This document shows, piece by piece, positions 20,753 to 31,923 of a stretch of DNA of 64,000 nucleotides; position 1 is the first letter of the stretch; each line of letters starts with the position of its first letter. The notes under the pieces were generated by a model. That model worked only from the letters and a program-made list of their open reading frames with translations, was not told where the DNA came from and did not search any database. Source of the DNA: Bacteroides sp. (lineage in GTDB: Bacteria; Bacteroidota; Bacteroidia; Bacteroidales; Muribaculaceae); NCBI GenBank assembly GCA_014801535.1, contig JAAVEA010000006.1:51433-115432 (forward strand). Reading direction: 5' to 3'. The position numbers and the translations under genes were made by a program.

Positions 20753-22003
20753 TTATTCCTCATACCTCATTGTTTCGGCCGGACTGATTCCGGATGCAAA
20801 CCAGGAGGGGAGTATGAGGGAAAGATAGATTATAAAGGCAACTCCAAGGTTTAGGATTCCGAAAAGCGGCCAGTTGAATTCTACCGGTACAAAGTCAATA
20901 TAGTAAGCTTCCGGATTGAGCGGAATCAGATGAAAGCGGTTCTGGAAATATAGGAGGAGAAGCATAAGACCATTGCCGATTATCATTCCGGTTATGGCAA
21001 CTTTCAAAGCCATGTATATAAACACGGAACGCACCTTTGATCTCCGTGCTCCCAATGATCTTATGAGACCGATGAAACGTTTCTTGTCGAGAATGATTAT
21101 CAGCATACCCGAAATAAGAGTGATGCATGCCACAAATGTCATGAGCACAAGTATGACTATAACATTAGTATCAAGAAGTGAAAGCCATCTAAAATATCCT
21201 GCACCCTGCTGAAGCGCGTTGTCTGCACGGTAGAATTTATAGACAGTTCCATCGGCCAATGCCTCCATGAGTCTGTTCTGAAGTCGAAGCGTATTCTCCT
21301 CCAGATTGTTGAAGTCATTGGTCTGAACCTGAATGGTTGTGCCTTGATGATTGCCGATCCCCCCTAATTCCTGAATCAGACCCAAGCTTCCGTAAAGATA
21401 TATATCGTCGTAAGAATCAAAATGAGAATTGAAAATTCCGGTGATTTCCAGTTTTCTTACCCTTACGTCGTCTGAAATAAAATAGGTGTCTATTTTGTCG
21501 CCCGGTTTCAGATTAAGCTGACGTGCCGCTATCCGCGAGATTACAACCTGCAGACTGGTGGAATCGGCAGGTTGTCTTGAATCAGGCAAATCACCTTCCT
21601 CAAGGTTTTTAGTAAGAAAATCATTAATCTGTTTGCCTGAAAGCGACCGCAGATAAACTCCCTTGAAATTATCCGGAGTTTTAAGAATTGCCGGAATAGA
21701 AGCTTCAAGAGAGTAATCAGTTATATAATCTTCCTCATCGAGCAGTTTTACCAGTGAAGGGGTGAGTGAAACAAGATTGTCATCGCCTTCCGACTGAGCC
21801 ACGGAATATAGGGTGATATGGGAGTTGAAACCCACAACCTTCTCTCTGATTTCGCGTTTGAAACCGAGCACAATGGATATGGCGGCCAGCATAACAGCTA
21901 TAGATAGCGCTACGGCCGTTATCGCTACTTTGATTGCCGGCGAACTTTTATGTCCTCCGGCTGATAAAGATAGTCTCCGAGCAAGAAACAAAGGATAGTT
22001 CAT
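20753..22003 (-). CDS. LolC/E (FtsX-like) ABC transporter permease
   Basis: FLARRL start, TM1, large periplasmic domain, IGLIRSLGA, YYIDFVPV, ISPAETMRYE. Confidence 0.85.
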   Translation of the reverse strand: MNYPLFLARRLSLSAGGHKSSPAIKVAITAVALSIAVMLAAISIVLGFKREIREKVVGFNSHITLYSVAQSEGDDNLVSLTPSLVKLLDEEDYITDYSLEASIPAILKTPDNFKGVYLRSLSGKQINDFLTKNLEEGDLPDSRQPADSTSLQVVISRIAARQLNLKPGDKIDTYFISDDVRVRKLEITGIFNSHFDSYDDIYLYGSLGLIQELGGIGNHQGTTIQVQTNDFNNLEENTLRLQNRLMEALADGTVYKFYRADNALQQGAGYFRWLSLLDTNVIVILVLMTFVACITLISGMLIIILDKKRFIGLIRSLGARRSKVRSVFIYMALKVAITGMIIGNGLMLLLLYFQNRFHLIPLNPEAYYIDFVPVEFNWPLFGILNLGVAFIIYLSLILPSWFASGISPAETMRYEE

Positions 22004-22223
22004 GACGCAAAAATAATAAAAAAAATCTCCCGTGGCAAATGCTACGGGAGATTATATAAAGGAGTTGAGCAAACGTACGTAAAGCCGCCCGTTTGTTCAA
22101 AAAGGGGGGACAATTGAAAGTTATATATACTTAAAACATTATGCATTATAGTTTGTTCATTTTAATTTGTTCCCGTGAATAATTTTTTGTAATTTAGAGT
22201 GTAAAAAAAATAATTCCCTTTCC

Positions 22224-23135
22224 ATGAGTAATGACGAAATAGAATTGACCTTGTCGGCCAATGTGAATCTTCTTGCTGTTCAAAGTGAAGATGAAAGAAA
22301 GATGTCACCTTGTTGTGGCACCGGAGCCTTTCCCTCTGTCCCTGCATTGAAAGAGATGATTGGATTGGTTAAAGGAGTTGTCTTTCCCAATTTTCTGGAG
22401 CGTCGGCGCACATCGGCTCAGATGCGTGTATATTATATCGGAGAAGGGGTGGAAAGAATTTTCTCAATATTGTCTAAGGAGATTCTTCATGCCTTATGTT
22501 TTGAACAGGAGCTGAGTGAAGGAGAAACCAAAGCTCAGGCAAGGAAGCTTGCGATAGGTTTTGTGGATAAACTTCCTGAGATAAAACGACTTCTTTATAA
22601 AGATGTCGAAGCCATGTATAATAATGATCCGGCTGTGGATAATTACGGGGAGGTGATTCTGAGTTATCCTGTGGTGGAGGCTATGGTGCATTATCGTGTA
22701 GCCCATGCGCTGCTCACTCTCGGAATACCGGTGATTCCACGCATCTTGACAGAGCTGGCACATTCATCCACCGGAATCGATATTAATCCGGGTGCTCAGA
22801 TAGGAGAGTATTTCGCCATTGATCACGGCACGGGTGTGGTGATAGGGGAAACATGTATTATTGGGAATCATGTAACCCTTTATCAGGGTGTTACATTAGG
22901 TGCTAAGAATTTTACTCTCGACAGTAATGGTCATCCCGTAAACACACCGCGCCATCCCATAATAGAAGACAACGTAACAATCTATTCCAATTCTTCGATT
23001 CTCGGAAGAATAACAGTAGGTAAAGGCTCCGTTATCGGTGGCAACGTATGGTTGACATATTCCGTTCCTCCCGGTTCGCGTATACTTCAGCGTAAGGCCG
23101 TGGCCTCTACATTCACCGACGGAGCGGGAATCTGA
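22224..23135 (+). CDS. cysE: Serine O-acetyltransferase (EpsC/CysE type)
   Basis: DPA, TGIDINPGAQIG, IDHGTGVVIGET, YQGVTLG, RHP. Confidence 0.85.
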   Translation: MSNDEIELTLSANVNLLAVQSEDERKMSPCCGTGAFPSVPALKEMIGLVKGVVFPNFLERRRTSAQMRVYYIGEGVERIFSILSKEILHALCFEQELSEGETKAQARKLAIGFVDKLPEIKRLLYKDVEAMYNNDPAVDNYGEVILSYPVVEAMVHYRVAHALLTLGIPVIPRILTELAHSSTGIDINPGAQIGEYFAIDHGTGVVIGETCIIGNHVTLYQGVTLGAKNFTLDSNGHPVNTPRHPIIEDNVTIYSNSSILGRITVGKGSVIGGNVWLTYSVPPGSRILQRKAVASTFTDGAGI

Positions 23136-23254
23136 AAAGAAGAGTAAAATTTTTAAAAAGCCGTTTAAAATAATTTTTAGTTTTAAACGGCTTTAAAATT
23201 TGGTTTTTATATTTTCTTATATTAACTTTGGAAAGAAATCTAATACCAATTATC

Positions 23255-24349
23255 ATGGAAAAAGAATTACAGACCACCTGCCTCCACGACCGGCACGTGA
23301 AACTTGGGGCGTTGATGTCCCCATTCGGCGGTTTTGATATGCCGATACAGTATGCCGGAATCACTGAAGAACATAATGCCGTTCGCAAACATGTGGGTGT
23401 TTTCGATGTAAGCCATATGGGTGAGGTTCGTGTGAAAGGTCCGGATGCCTATAAATATGTAAGCCATATATTTGTTAATGATGTCACCGGTGCTCCCGAC
23501 GGACAGATCTTCTATGGAATGATGTGTTATGAAAACGGTGGGGTTGTCGATGATCTTCTTGTATACAAGGTAAACGATAACGAATATTTCCTTGTCATCA
23601 ATGCGTCTAACATTGATAAGGATGTGGCATGGATAATGAAAAATGCCGAGGGATTCGATGTAGAGATAACAGACGAAAGTCCGGTCTACGGAGAAGTGGC
23701 TGTTCAAGGTCCGGAAGCTGAGGAGACAGTGGAGAAAGTGCTTGGTATTCCTGTAAAAGAGATAGCATTCTATAATTTCAAGACTTTCCCTATCGACGGA
23801 GAAGAGGTAATCGTAAGCCGCACCGGTTATACAGGTGAAGACGGATTCGAGATTTACGGTTCCCACGAATATATACGCAAAGTGTGGGATAAGCTTATGG
23901 AGGCAGGAGTGCAGCCCTGTGGACTCGGCTGTCGCGATACACTCCGTTTCGAGGTGGGATTGCCTCTCTACGGAGATGAACTGGCCGACGATATCACTCC
24001 AATCGAAGCAAGCCTGAGCATGTTTGTCAAACTCGACAAGCCTGAGTTTATCGGTAAGGAGGCTCTGGCAGCCCAAAAAGCTGAAGGCGTGAAACGTCGC
24101 ATCGTCGGATTGGAACTTGAAGGTAATGCCATTCCACGTCATGGTTATGCAGTCGAGGTGAACGGTGAGAAAGTAGGAGAGATCACCACAGGTTACCGCT
24201 CCATATCTACCGGTAAGAGCGTAGCCATGGCTATGATCGACAAGCCATATGATAAGCTTGGCACAGAGGTGGAGGTAAGGATCCGTAAGAAAACTTTCCC
24301 CGCAAAAGTTGTGAAAAAGAGATTTTACGATAAGAATTATAAAAAATAA
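23255..24349 (+). CDS. gcvT: Glycine cleavage system T protein
   Basis: FDVSHMG, RTGYTGEDGFE, GLGCRDTLRFE; ATG at 23255 after TAACTTTG at 23223-23230. Confidence 0.96.
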   Translation: MEKELQTTCLHDRHVKLGALMSPFGGFDMPIQYAGITEEHNAVRKHVGVFDVSHMGEVRVKGPDAYKYVSHIFVNDVTGAPDGQIFYGMMCYENGGVVDDLLVYKVNDNEYFLVINASNIDKDVAWIMKNAEGFDVEITDESPVYGEVAVQGPEAEETVEKVLGIPVKEIAFYNFKTFPIDGEEVIVSRTGYTGEDGFEIYGSHEYIRKVWDKLMEAGVQPCGLGCRDTLRFEVGLPLYGDELADDITPIEASLSMFVKLDKPEFIGKEALAAQKAEGVKRRIVGLELEGNAIPRHGYAVEVNGEKVGEITTGYRSISTGKSVAMAMIDKPYDKLGTEVEVRIRKKTFPAKVVKKRFYDKNYKK

Positions 24350-24364
24350 AATTATATAAAGAAT

Positions 24365-24745
24365 ATGAGCAAGATTGAAGAAGGATGCCGCTATGCGGAA
24401 TCTCACGAGTGGGTAAGAGTGGATGGCGATGTCGCAGTTATCGGTATCAGTGACTATGCTCAGCATGCACTTGGTAACATCGTGTATGTGGATCTACCCG
24501 AAGTGGGCGATGAGCTTGAGGCAGGCGACGAATTCGGAGCCGTTGAATCGGTTAAGGCTGCAAGTGATCTCTATACACCTGTTTCCGGAAGTGTTGTTGA
24601 GATCAACGAAGCTCTTGAAGACACCCCCGAGGCTATCAACGAGGATGCTTTCGGCACATGGATCATCAAAATTGCTATGACAGATCCGTCGGAAGTAGAC
24701 AAGCTACTTGATGCTGAAGCTTACGCAAAAATCTGCGAGGGTTAA
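24365..24745 (+). CDS. gcvH: Glycine cleavage system H protein
   Basis: HEWV, GISDYAQ, ESVKAASD lipoyl-lysine motif. Confidence 0.97.
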   Translation: MSKIEEGCRYAESHEWVRVDGDVAVIGISDYAQHALGNIVYVDLPEVGDELEAGDEFGAVESVKAASDLYTPVSGSVVEINEALEDTPEAINEDAFGTWIIKIAMTDPSEVDKLLDAEAYAKICEG

Positions 24746-24849
24746 ATTGTTAACACTCCTGATATAAGAAAAGAAGTCGTCAGGCAGATGAAGATATACA
24801 TGGCCCGGCGACTTCAACTAATTTCATGAAAAACTAAATTTACAAATTG

Positions 24850-26172
24850 ATGAGCAATCGCTATATACCGCATACCGAAGAGGACATATCGGCAATGCTG
24901 GAAAAAATCGGAGTGACCTCTGTAGACGATCTTTTCTCCGATATCCCTTCGGAAGTGATTTTCAAGGAGGAATATGACATCCCCTCCGCAATGTCAGAAA
25001 TCGAGCTGCGAGATCATTTCAGGAAGCTTGCGGCAAAAAATAATTCTCTTGTGGTTTTCGGAGGAAATGGTGTGTATGATCACTATTCACCCTCAGTGAT
25101 CCCCCATCTTCTTGAGAGGAGTGAATTCTACACAGCATATACTCCTTATCAGCCTGAGATTTCACAGGGAACTCTTCAGTATATATTCGAGTATCAGAGC
25201 ATGATAAGCGAATTGACAGGCATGGAGTCTACCAATGCGTCGATGTATGACGGAGCTACGGCGGCCGCCGAGGCGATGTTTATGATGGTGGCTTCTGCAA
25301 AGAAAAGAAACCGTGTGCTTCTTTCGGCCACACTTCCCGAACATGTGATGAAAGTGGCTTCTACATATGCCCGTTTTCACGGAATAGATGTAACTGTCGT
25401 TCCTGAAAAAGATGGCGTGACAGATTTCGATGCTCTTAAAGAGGCTTTGGGAGGAGGAGATGTAGCCGGTGTCATTCTCGCCTCAACCAATCGTTATGGC
25501 ATTATAGAAGATTTCACCGGCGTAGCTGATTCTATCCATGCATCCAAGGGTCTTATGACAATTTATGCGGACCCATCCACCCTGGCAGTGCTTCGCTCGC
25601 CGGCGGAGTGGGGAGCCGATATCGCTTGTGGAGATGGCCAGACACTCGGAATGCCGATGCAGTTCGGAGGTCCTTACCTCGGATTTCTCTCATGTCGTCA
25701 GTCATTGATCCGCAAGATGCCGGGACGTGTTGTTGGTGCTACAACCGATGCATCAGGAAAACGCTGCTATGTACTGACCCTTCAGGCACGTGAACAGCAT
25801 ATCCGTCGAGAGAAAGCCACAAGCAATATCTGTTCAAATCAGAGCCTCATGGCACTGTATGCCACAGTCTATTTGTCTTTACTTGGTGAAAGAGGACTAA
25901 AAGAGGTAAACATGCTATCTGCCGACGGCGCTCATTATCTCTACAACCGTTTGATTGAAACCGGTAAATTCCGTGTTGCATTCAATCGGCCTTTCCTAAA
26001 AGAATTTGTGGTGGAGACAGATCTGGATATTGATAAGGTAAATGAATATCTTCTTGAAAAAGGGATTATGGGAGGCGTGAATCTTGGCGACGGCAAGGTA
26101 ATGTTTGCTGTTACAGAGAAACGCACGAAAGAGGAGATTGACAATCTTGTTTCATTAATGCTGGAGGCCTAA
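24850..26172 (+). CDS. gcvPA: Glycine dehydrogenase subunit 1
   Basis: TAYTPYQPEISQG, NASMYDGATA, REQHIRREKATSNIC. Confidence 0.95.
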   Translation: MSNRYIPHTEEDISAMLEKIGVTSVDDLFSDIPSEVIFKEEYDIPSAMSEIELRDHFRKLAAKNNSLVVFGGNGVYDHYSPSVIPHLLERSEFYTAYTPYQPEISQGTLQYIFEYQSMISELTGMESTNASMYDGATAAAEAMFMMVASAKKRNRVLLSATLPEHVMKVASTYARFHGIDVTVVPEKDGVTDFDALKEALGGGDVAGVILASTNRYGIIEDFTGVADSIHASKGLMTIYADPSTLAVLRSPAEWGADIACGDGQTLGMPMQFGGPYLGFLSCRQSLIRKMPGRVVGATTDASGKRCYVLTLQAREQHIRREKATSNICSNQSLMALYATVYLSLLGERGLKEVNMLSADGAHYLYNRLIETGKFRVAFNRPFLKEFVVETDLDIDKVNEYLLEKGIMGGVNLGDGKVMFAVTEKRTKEEIDNLVSLMLEA

Positions 26173-26183
26173 TAGGAGAAAAA

Positions 26184-27644
26184 ATGAAGTATTACGATAA
26201 ACTTATTTTTGAATTGTCGCGTCCCGGGAGGAAAGGTTATGAGCTACCCGCCGACAAATACGGTTGCGATGCACTGAAAGAAATACCGGCAGATCTTCTC
26301 CGTAAAGAGGCTCCGGAATTGCCGGAGGTGAGTGAATTGGATGTAGTGCGTCACTATACAAATCTTTCATCAAAGAATTTCGGTGTAGATACTGGCTTCT
26401 ATCCCTTGGGAAGCTGTACCATGAAATACAATCCAAAGATTAATGAAGAGATTGCGGCCATGCCCGAGTTTGCAGGTCTTCATCCGTTGCAGCCTGTAGA
26501 ATCCGCTCAAGGAGCCCTCGAGCTCTATTATAATCTTCAGAATGCACTTTCCAATATAGCAGGGTTGGCGGAATTTACTTTGAATCCCTATGCCGGTGCG
26601 CACGGTGAGCTTACCGGTCTGATGGTGATGCGCCAGTATCACATCTCAAGAGGCGATGAGAAGCGTCGAAAAGTCATAGTGCCCGACTCTGCCCATGGAA
26701 CCAACCCTGCGTCAGCAATGGTGGCAGGTCTTGAGGTTGTGGAGGTGAAATCCAAACCGAACGGATCTATCGATGTTGAAGATCTCAAGCCGCTTCTTGA
26801 CGACACGGTTGCCGGAATCATGATGACCAATCCCAATACCCTCGGAATGTTCGAAACCGAGATTATGGAGATTGCAAAGCTTGTACACGAAGCCGGAGGT
26901 CTGTTGTATTACGATGGAGCCAATCTCAACCCGATGCTTGGAAAGGTGCGTCCCGGCGATATGGGCTTCGACATAATGCATATCAACCTTCACAAGACCT
27001 TCTCAACTCCTCATGGTGGCGGCGGTCCGGGCTCAGGTCCTGTGGGTGTGGCTGCTCATCTTGTTGACCTTCTTCCCAATCCTCGTGTAAAGAAAGGTGA
27101 AGATGGCAAATTCTATATCGAGAACGGCGAGAAGAGTCTCGGAAATATCTCATCTTTCCTCGGCAACTTCGGAGTGATGATGAAAGCATACGCCTATATT
27201 CTTTCGCTCGGCAAGGAAAATCTGAAAAATGTAGGTCCGATGGCGACCCTCAATGCAAACTATATAAAAGAATCATTGAAAGATGATTATCTTCTTCCAA
27301 TAGAAGGAGCCTGCAAACATGAGTTTGTGTTCGACGGTCTGAAAGATAAATCTACCGGTGTAACCACTCTGAATGTGGCCAAGCGACTTCTCGATTATGG
27401 TTTCCATGCCCCAACGATCTACTTCCCGCTTCTTTTCCATGAGTCAATGATGATTGAACCTACCGAAACAGAAAGTAAGGAGACTCTCGATGAATTCATC
27501 GAGGTGATGCATAAAGTGGCTCAGGAGGCAAGAGAAAATCCCGACATGGTTAAGAACGCGCCTCACACCACGCTCATCTCTCATCCAGATGAAACTACGG
27601 CTGCTAAAAAGCCTATACTCTCATACCGACAGATGAAAGGGTAA
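26184..27644 (+). CDS. gcvPB: Glycine dehydrogenase subunit 2
   Basis: PLGSCTMKYN, HGTNPASA, HINLHKTFSTPHGGGGPG. Confidence 0.95.
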   Translation: MKYYDKLIFELSRPGRKGYELPADKYGCDALKEIPADLLRKEAPELPEVSELDVVRHYTNLSSKNFGVDTGFYPLGSCTMKYNPKINEEIAAMPEFAGLHPLQPVESAQGALELYYNLQNALSNIAGLAEFTLNPYAGAHGELTGLMVMRQYHISRGDEKRRKVIVPDSAHGTNPASAMVAGLEVVEVKSKPNGSIDVEDLKPLLDDTVAGIMMTNPNTLGMFETEIMEIAKLVHEAGGLLYYDGANLNPMLGKVRPGDMGFDIMHINLHKTFSTPHGGGGPGSGPVGVAAHLVDLLPNPRVKKGEDGKFYIENGEKSLGNISSFLGNFGVMMKAYAYILSLGKENLKNVGPMATLNANYIKESLKDDYLLPIEGACKHEFVFDGLKDKSTGVTTLNVAKRLLDYGFHAPTIYFPLLFHESMMIEPTETESKETLDEFIEVMHKVAQEARENPDMVKNAPHTTLISHPDETTAAKKPILSYRQMKG

Positions 27645-27647
27645 GTC

Positions 27648-29000
27648 ATGAAATCAGATCTCATAATAATAGGAGCCGGCCCTGGTGGGTATGAAACCGC
27701 CGTCGAGGCAGCCCATCGTGGTAAAAGCGTAGTCATATTCAATGGTGGTTCTTTGGGAGGCACATGTCTCAATGAAGGTTGCATCCCTACAAAGTGTCTT
27801 TGTCGTGACGCGGAGATGGTGGCTCAATTCAAGGAGGCAGACCGTTTCGGAATTGATGGCTTCACATTCTCCGTAGATTTCGGTAAGATTTCGGCCAGAA
27901 AGAATGAGGTTGTAGCAAAATTACGCGAAGGAGTTGCCCTTCTGCTGAAATCGGCCGGAGTGACTGTAGTGAATGCAAAAGCTTCATTCAAGGACGCTTC
28001 AACAGTTGTGGCTGATGGAGAGGAATATACAGCCGATAACATAATTATTGCCACTGGAAGTGTTTCCAAATCGTTGCCAATCGATGGCCATGACCTGGAT
28101 TGTGTGATGGATTCTTCAGATATACTCAGCATAGATTATATCCCGGAGTCTTTGACCATAATCGGCGGAGGAGTGATAGGGATGGAGTTTGCATCAATTT
28201 TCAGCAATCTTGGTTCCAAGGTGACTGTGATAGAGTTCATGAAGCAGATTCTTCCTCCTTTTGACAGCGACATAGCCAAGCGGTTAAAACAGACATTGTC
28301 GAAACGAGGAATCGACATCATAACGGGAGCTGCCGCTAAAAAGATAGAGAAAACCGACGAAGGGATTCGTGTGGTCTATGAGGCCAAAGGGAAAGAAGGG
28401 GAGGTTATAAGCTCTGATCTCCTGATGGCAGTCGGACGCGCTCCTCGTGTCGATGGATTGAATCTTGAAGCCGCCGGAGTGGATTATTCAGTCAAGGGGA
28501 TACCTGTTAACGACGATATGCAGACAAATGTCGGCCATATCTATGCAATCGGTGATGTCAACGCAAGAATGATGCTTGCTCATGTTGCAAGTTTTCAGGG
28601 AATGAGGGCTCTCAACGCTATTGAAGGAAAGAAAGACAACATCAGATTTGACCTTGTTCCTTCGGCTGTGTTTACATTGCCAGAATGCGGAATGGCCGGA
28701 TTGACTGAAGAAGAATGTAAGACGCGTGGAATTGCGATAACTACCGGAAAGAGTTTCTATCGGGCAAATGGCAAAGCCCTTGCCATGGGTGAGGAAGAAG
28801 GACTATGCAAGCTGATTTTCTCTAAAGATGAAGGGAAACTGCTTGGCGCCCATATAATGGGTGCCGATGCTGCACTTCTTGCCCAGCAATGTGTAGACTT
28901 CATGAATTCCGGTGCTACTATCGATTCAATAAAGGATACTATTTTCGGTCATCCAACCCTTAGCGAGATAATTCTTTCAGCCGTTCATGCAGTGAAGTAG
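27648..29000 (+). CDS. lpdA: Dihydrolipoamide dehydrogenase (GCS L protein)
   Basis: GAGPGG, GGTCLNEGCIPTK, GGGVIGME, HPTLSE. Confidence 0.93.
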   Translation: MKSDLIIIGAGPGGYETAVEAAHRGKSVVIFNGGSLGGTCLNEGCIPTKCLCRDAEMVAQFKEADRFGIDGFTFSVDFGKISARKNEVVAKLREGVALLLKSAGVTVVNAKASFKDASTVVADGEEYTADNIIIATGSVSKSLPIDGHDLDCVMDSSDILSIDYIPESLTIIGGGVIGMEFASIFSNLGSKVTVIEFMKQILPPFDSDIAKRLKQTLSKRGIDIITGAAAKKIEKTDEGIRVVYEAKGKEGEVISSDLLMAVGRAPRVDGLNLEAAGVDYSVKGIPVNDDMQTNVGHIYAIGDVNARMMLAHVASFQGMRALNAIEGKKDNIRFDLVPSAVFTLPECGMAGLTEEECKTRGIAITTGKSFYRANGKALAMGEEEGLCKLIFSKDEGKLLGAHIMGADAALLAQQCVDFMNSGATIDSIKDTIFGHPTLSEIILSAVHAVK

Positions 29001-29110
29001 GGGACGAAAGATAGAAAGTGCGGGCATGAAAGGCGATTTTGATTAGTCATTATGTAAAAGTCCATATCATAAAATATTATTTTATATTTTCTTATCTCAG
29101 AAAAAATTAG

Positions 29111-29170
29111 TAAATTTGCAGCAGTTTTGCAATCTCTGGTAAGAGACTGCGCGAGACGCGGTCAAAAAGT
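29111..29170 (+). promoter_or_regulatory. TAAATTTG promoter and structured rplS leader (candidate L19 leader)
   Basis: TAAATTTG at 29111-29118; short hairpins TCTCT-GGTA-AGAGA and CGCG...CGCG. Confidence 0.35.
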
Positions 29171-29216
29171 AACTTATTTATATTGCAAAGTAACCCGTTA
29201 ATTTTTTAAAGGTAAA

Positions 29217-29579
29217 ATGGATTTAATTAAAATCGCAGAGGAGGCATTTGCAACTCCCAAGAAAGAGATTGAAGCATTCGGCCCCGGTGACACTGTTAAC
29301 GTGGCATATCGTATCAAAGAGGGTAACAAGGAGCGTATACAGCAGTATCGTGGTGTTGTTATCAAGATTTCAGGCCACGGTGACAAGAAACGTTTCACTG
29401 TCCGCAAGATTTCTGACGGTATCGGTGTTGAGCGTATTTTCCCCATGGAATCTCCGTTCATTGAATCGGTAAAGGTTATAAAGTTCGGTAAGGTTCGCCG
29501 CGCAAAACTTTATTATCTCCGCAAGCTCACCGGTAAGAAAGCTCGTATCAAGGAGCGTATTGTTAAGAAAGCAAAATAA
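29217..29579 (+). CDS. rplS: 50S ribosomal protein L19
   Basis: [37 protein letters not shown]. Confidence 0.97.
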   Translation: MDLIKIAEEAFATPKKEIEAFGPGDTVNVAYRIKEGNKERIQQYRGVVIKISGHGDKKRFTVRKISDGIGVERIFPMESPFIESVKVIKFGKVRRAKLYYLRKLTGKKARIKERIVKKAK

Positions 29580-29733
29580 TTTTTTGCAAAAAAAATATTG
29601 CAGCCCGATCTGTCATGCAGGTCGGGTTGTTATATATTAATGAGCGATATGGGCTAAAAGGACTTGTAGGCCTTATTAGTAGATCATATTATTCGTTTTG
29701 CCAATTTTAGAATTATTAGAAAAATAGATAGTT

Positions 29734-31245
29734 ATGTCAAAAAAAGCGTTATTGATTATCCTTGACGGATATGGAATCGGCGATCATAAAAAGGATGATG
29801 CCATCTTCAACACCCCCACACCTTATATGGATAAATTGGTTGCGGAATATCCTCATTCAAAACTTGAGGCAAGTGGTGAGAATGTGGGTCTGCCTGATGG
29901 ACAGATGGGTAATTCCGAAGTGGGTCACCTCAATATTGGTGCCGGCCGTGTGGTATATCAGGATCTTGTGAAGATTAACCGCGCTATTGCTGACGGATCT
30001 TTTAAGGAGAATCCGGAGATAAAATCAGCGTTCTCTTATGCCAAAGAGCATAATGTTCCTATTCATTTCATGGGTCTGACCTCTGCCGGTGGTGTGCATT
30101 CATCGTTGAACCATCTTTATGCGCTCTGTGACACAGCTAAGGATTACGAGCTTGATAAGGTTTTCATCCATTGTTTCATGGATGGTCGTGACACCGATCC
30201 TAAGAGCGGTGCCGGTTTCCTTCAGGAAGTTGAAGATCATTGTGCGAAAAGTGCAGGCAAGATTGCTTCCGTAATCGGACGTTTCTATGCAATGGACCGT
30301 GATAAGCGCTGGGAGCGTGTGAAAGAGGCATACGATCTTCTTGTCGACGGAAAAGGGAAGAAGACCGACAATGTTGTCAAGGCTGTGGAGGAATCATATG
30401 CTGAAGGGATTACCGATGAGTTCATCAAGCCTATTGTGAACGATACTGTCGACGGCACTATTGGCGAAGGCCATGTAGTGATTTTCTTCAATTACCGCAA
30501 TGACCGTGCCAAAGAGCTTACGGTAGTGCTCACACAGCATGAGGAAGACGGCATGCAGCCCGTGCCTGGACTTCAGTATTATTGCATGACTCCCTATGAT
30601 AACTCATTTAAAGATGTTCATATCCTCTTTAATAAGCAGGATGTACCCGACACATTGGGCGAGTATCTTTCAAAAAATGGGAAGAAACAGTTGCATATAG
30701 CCGAGACAGAAAAGTATGCGCACGTAACATTCTTCTTTAACGGGGGTCGTGAAGCACCCTACGAAGGCGAGGAACGTATTCTTGTGCCTTCTCCCAAGGT
30801 TGCTACATATGACCTTAAACCGGAGATGAGTGCACCCGAGGTTACAGAGAAACTCGTGGAGGCTATCGACAGCGAAAAATATGATTTTATCGTTGTTAAT
30901 TTCGCTAACGGTGACATGGTAGGCCATACAGGTGTCTATCCCGCAATACAGAAGGCTGTGGCAACTCTTGACACTTGTGTGGAGAAGGTGGTAGAGGCTG
31001 CAAAGGCTCACGGTTACGAATCGATCATCATAGCTGACCATGGAAATGCCGATCATGCACTTAATGAAGACGGCACTCCCAACACGGCTCATTCGCTTAA
31101 TCCCGTTCCCTTCATCTATATAGGCGAACACAAGGATGCCAAATTGAAAGATGGTCGTCTTGCTGATGTTGCTCCCTCGCTTCTTCATCTCATGGGGATG
31201 GGTCAGCCTTCAGATATGACAGGTGAGAACCTTATTGAATTTTGA
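29734..31245 (+). CDS. gpmI: 2,3-bisphosphoglycerate-independent phosphoglycerate mutase
   Basis: [36 protein letters not shown]. Confidence 0.97.
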   Translation: MSKKALLIILDGYGIGDHKKDDAIFNTPTPYMDKLVAEYPHSKLEASGENVGLPDGQMGNSEVGHLNIGAGRVVYQDLVKINRAIADGSFKENPEIKSAFSYAKEHNVPIHFMGLTSAGGVHSSLNHLYALCDTAKDYELDKVFIHCFMDGRDTDPKSGAGFLQEVEDHCAKSAGKIASVIGRFYAMDRDKRWERVKEAYDLLVDGKGKKTDNVVKAVEESYAEGITDEFIKPIVNDTVDGTIGEGHVVIFFNYRNDRAKELTVVLTQHEEDGMQPVPGLQYYCMTPYDNSFKDVHILFNKQDVPDTLGEYLSKNGKKQLHIAETEKYAHVTFFFNGGREAPYEGEERILVPSPKVATYDLKPEMSAPEVTEKLVEAIDSEKYDFIVVNFANGDMVGHTGVYPAIQKAVATLDTCVEKVVEAAKAHGYESIIIADHGNADHALNEDGTPNTAHSLNPVPFIYIGEHKDAKLKDGRLADVAPSLLHLMGMGQPSDMTGENLIEF

Positions 31246-31389
31246 TAGAATTTTCTGAGGAAGGCTCACATCTCCCAACGAAAGGAAGGGTTTTGTGAAC
31301 TTTTCTTTTGTCATGATAGTTTTATATAGCGGAGGAGCGACCGGCTCTTCCGCTATTTTAGTAGAAAGAGATCAAATATAATTGAAACA

Positions 31390-31896
31390 ATGCTTACGAA
31401 AAGAATTGAGGATGCTCTTAACGAGCAGATAAACGCTGAGATGTGGTCGGCTTATCTATATCTTGCAATGTCGCTTGATTTCGACAATAAAGGTTTGAAA
31501 GGTTTTGCAAACTGGTTCCGTGTGCAGTATCAGGAGGAACAGGCTCATGGTCTGGCTCTGATTGACTATCTGTTGGCTCGCGGAGGCAGGGTAGAGCTAA
31601 AGCCTATCGCCGAGGTGCCCACCTCATGGGAAAACGCGCGTGTGGCCTTCAATGACACCCTTACCCATGAGCGTAAAGTCACCGGTTTGATCCATGCTCT
31701 GTATGCCATGGCAGAAGAGGAAAAGGATTTTGCAACCCGTCAGAAACTTAACACGTTCGTAGCCGAGCAGGTTGAGGAGGAAGACACGGTAAGACAGATA
31801 ATCGATGATCTTAATCTTGTGGGCGATGATGGAGTCGGCCTCTTCCAGCTCGATAGAGAATTGGGACAGCGCCAGTATGTGGCTCCGCAATTGTAA
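31390..31896 (+). CDS. ftnA: Non-heme ferritin
   Basis: LNEQINAE..SAYLY, EE..H, HERKVT, EQVEEE ferroxidase residues. Confidence 0.92.
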   Translation: MLTKRIEDALNEQINAEMWSAYLYLAMSLDFDNKGLKGFANWFRVQYQEEQAHGLALIDYLLARGGRVELKPIAEVPTSWENARVAFNDTLTHERKVTGLIHALYAMAEEEKDFATRQKLNTFVAEQVEEEDTVRQIIDDLNLVGDDGVGLFQLDRELGQRQYVAPQL

Positions 31897-31923
31897 GAAA
31901 CTCCCGACAAAATTTGCAACAAA

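Noticed and set aside
23267-24466. 399-aa ORF antisense to gcvT/gcvH
   Set aside because: Shadow ORF of a codon-biased gene; no recognisable motifs or promoter.
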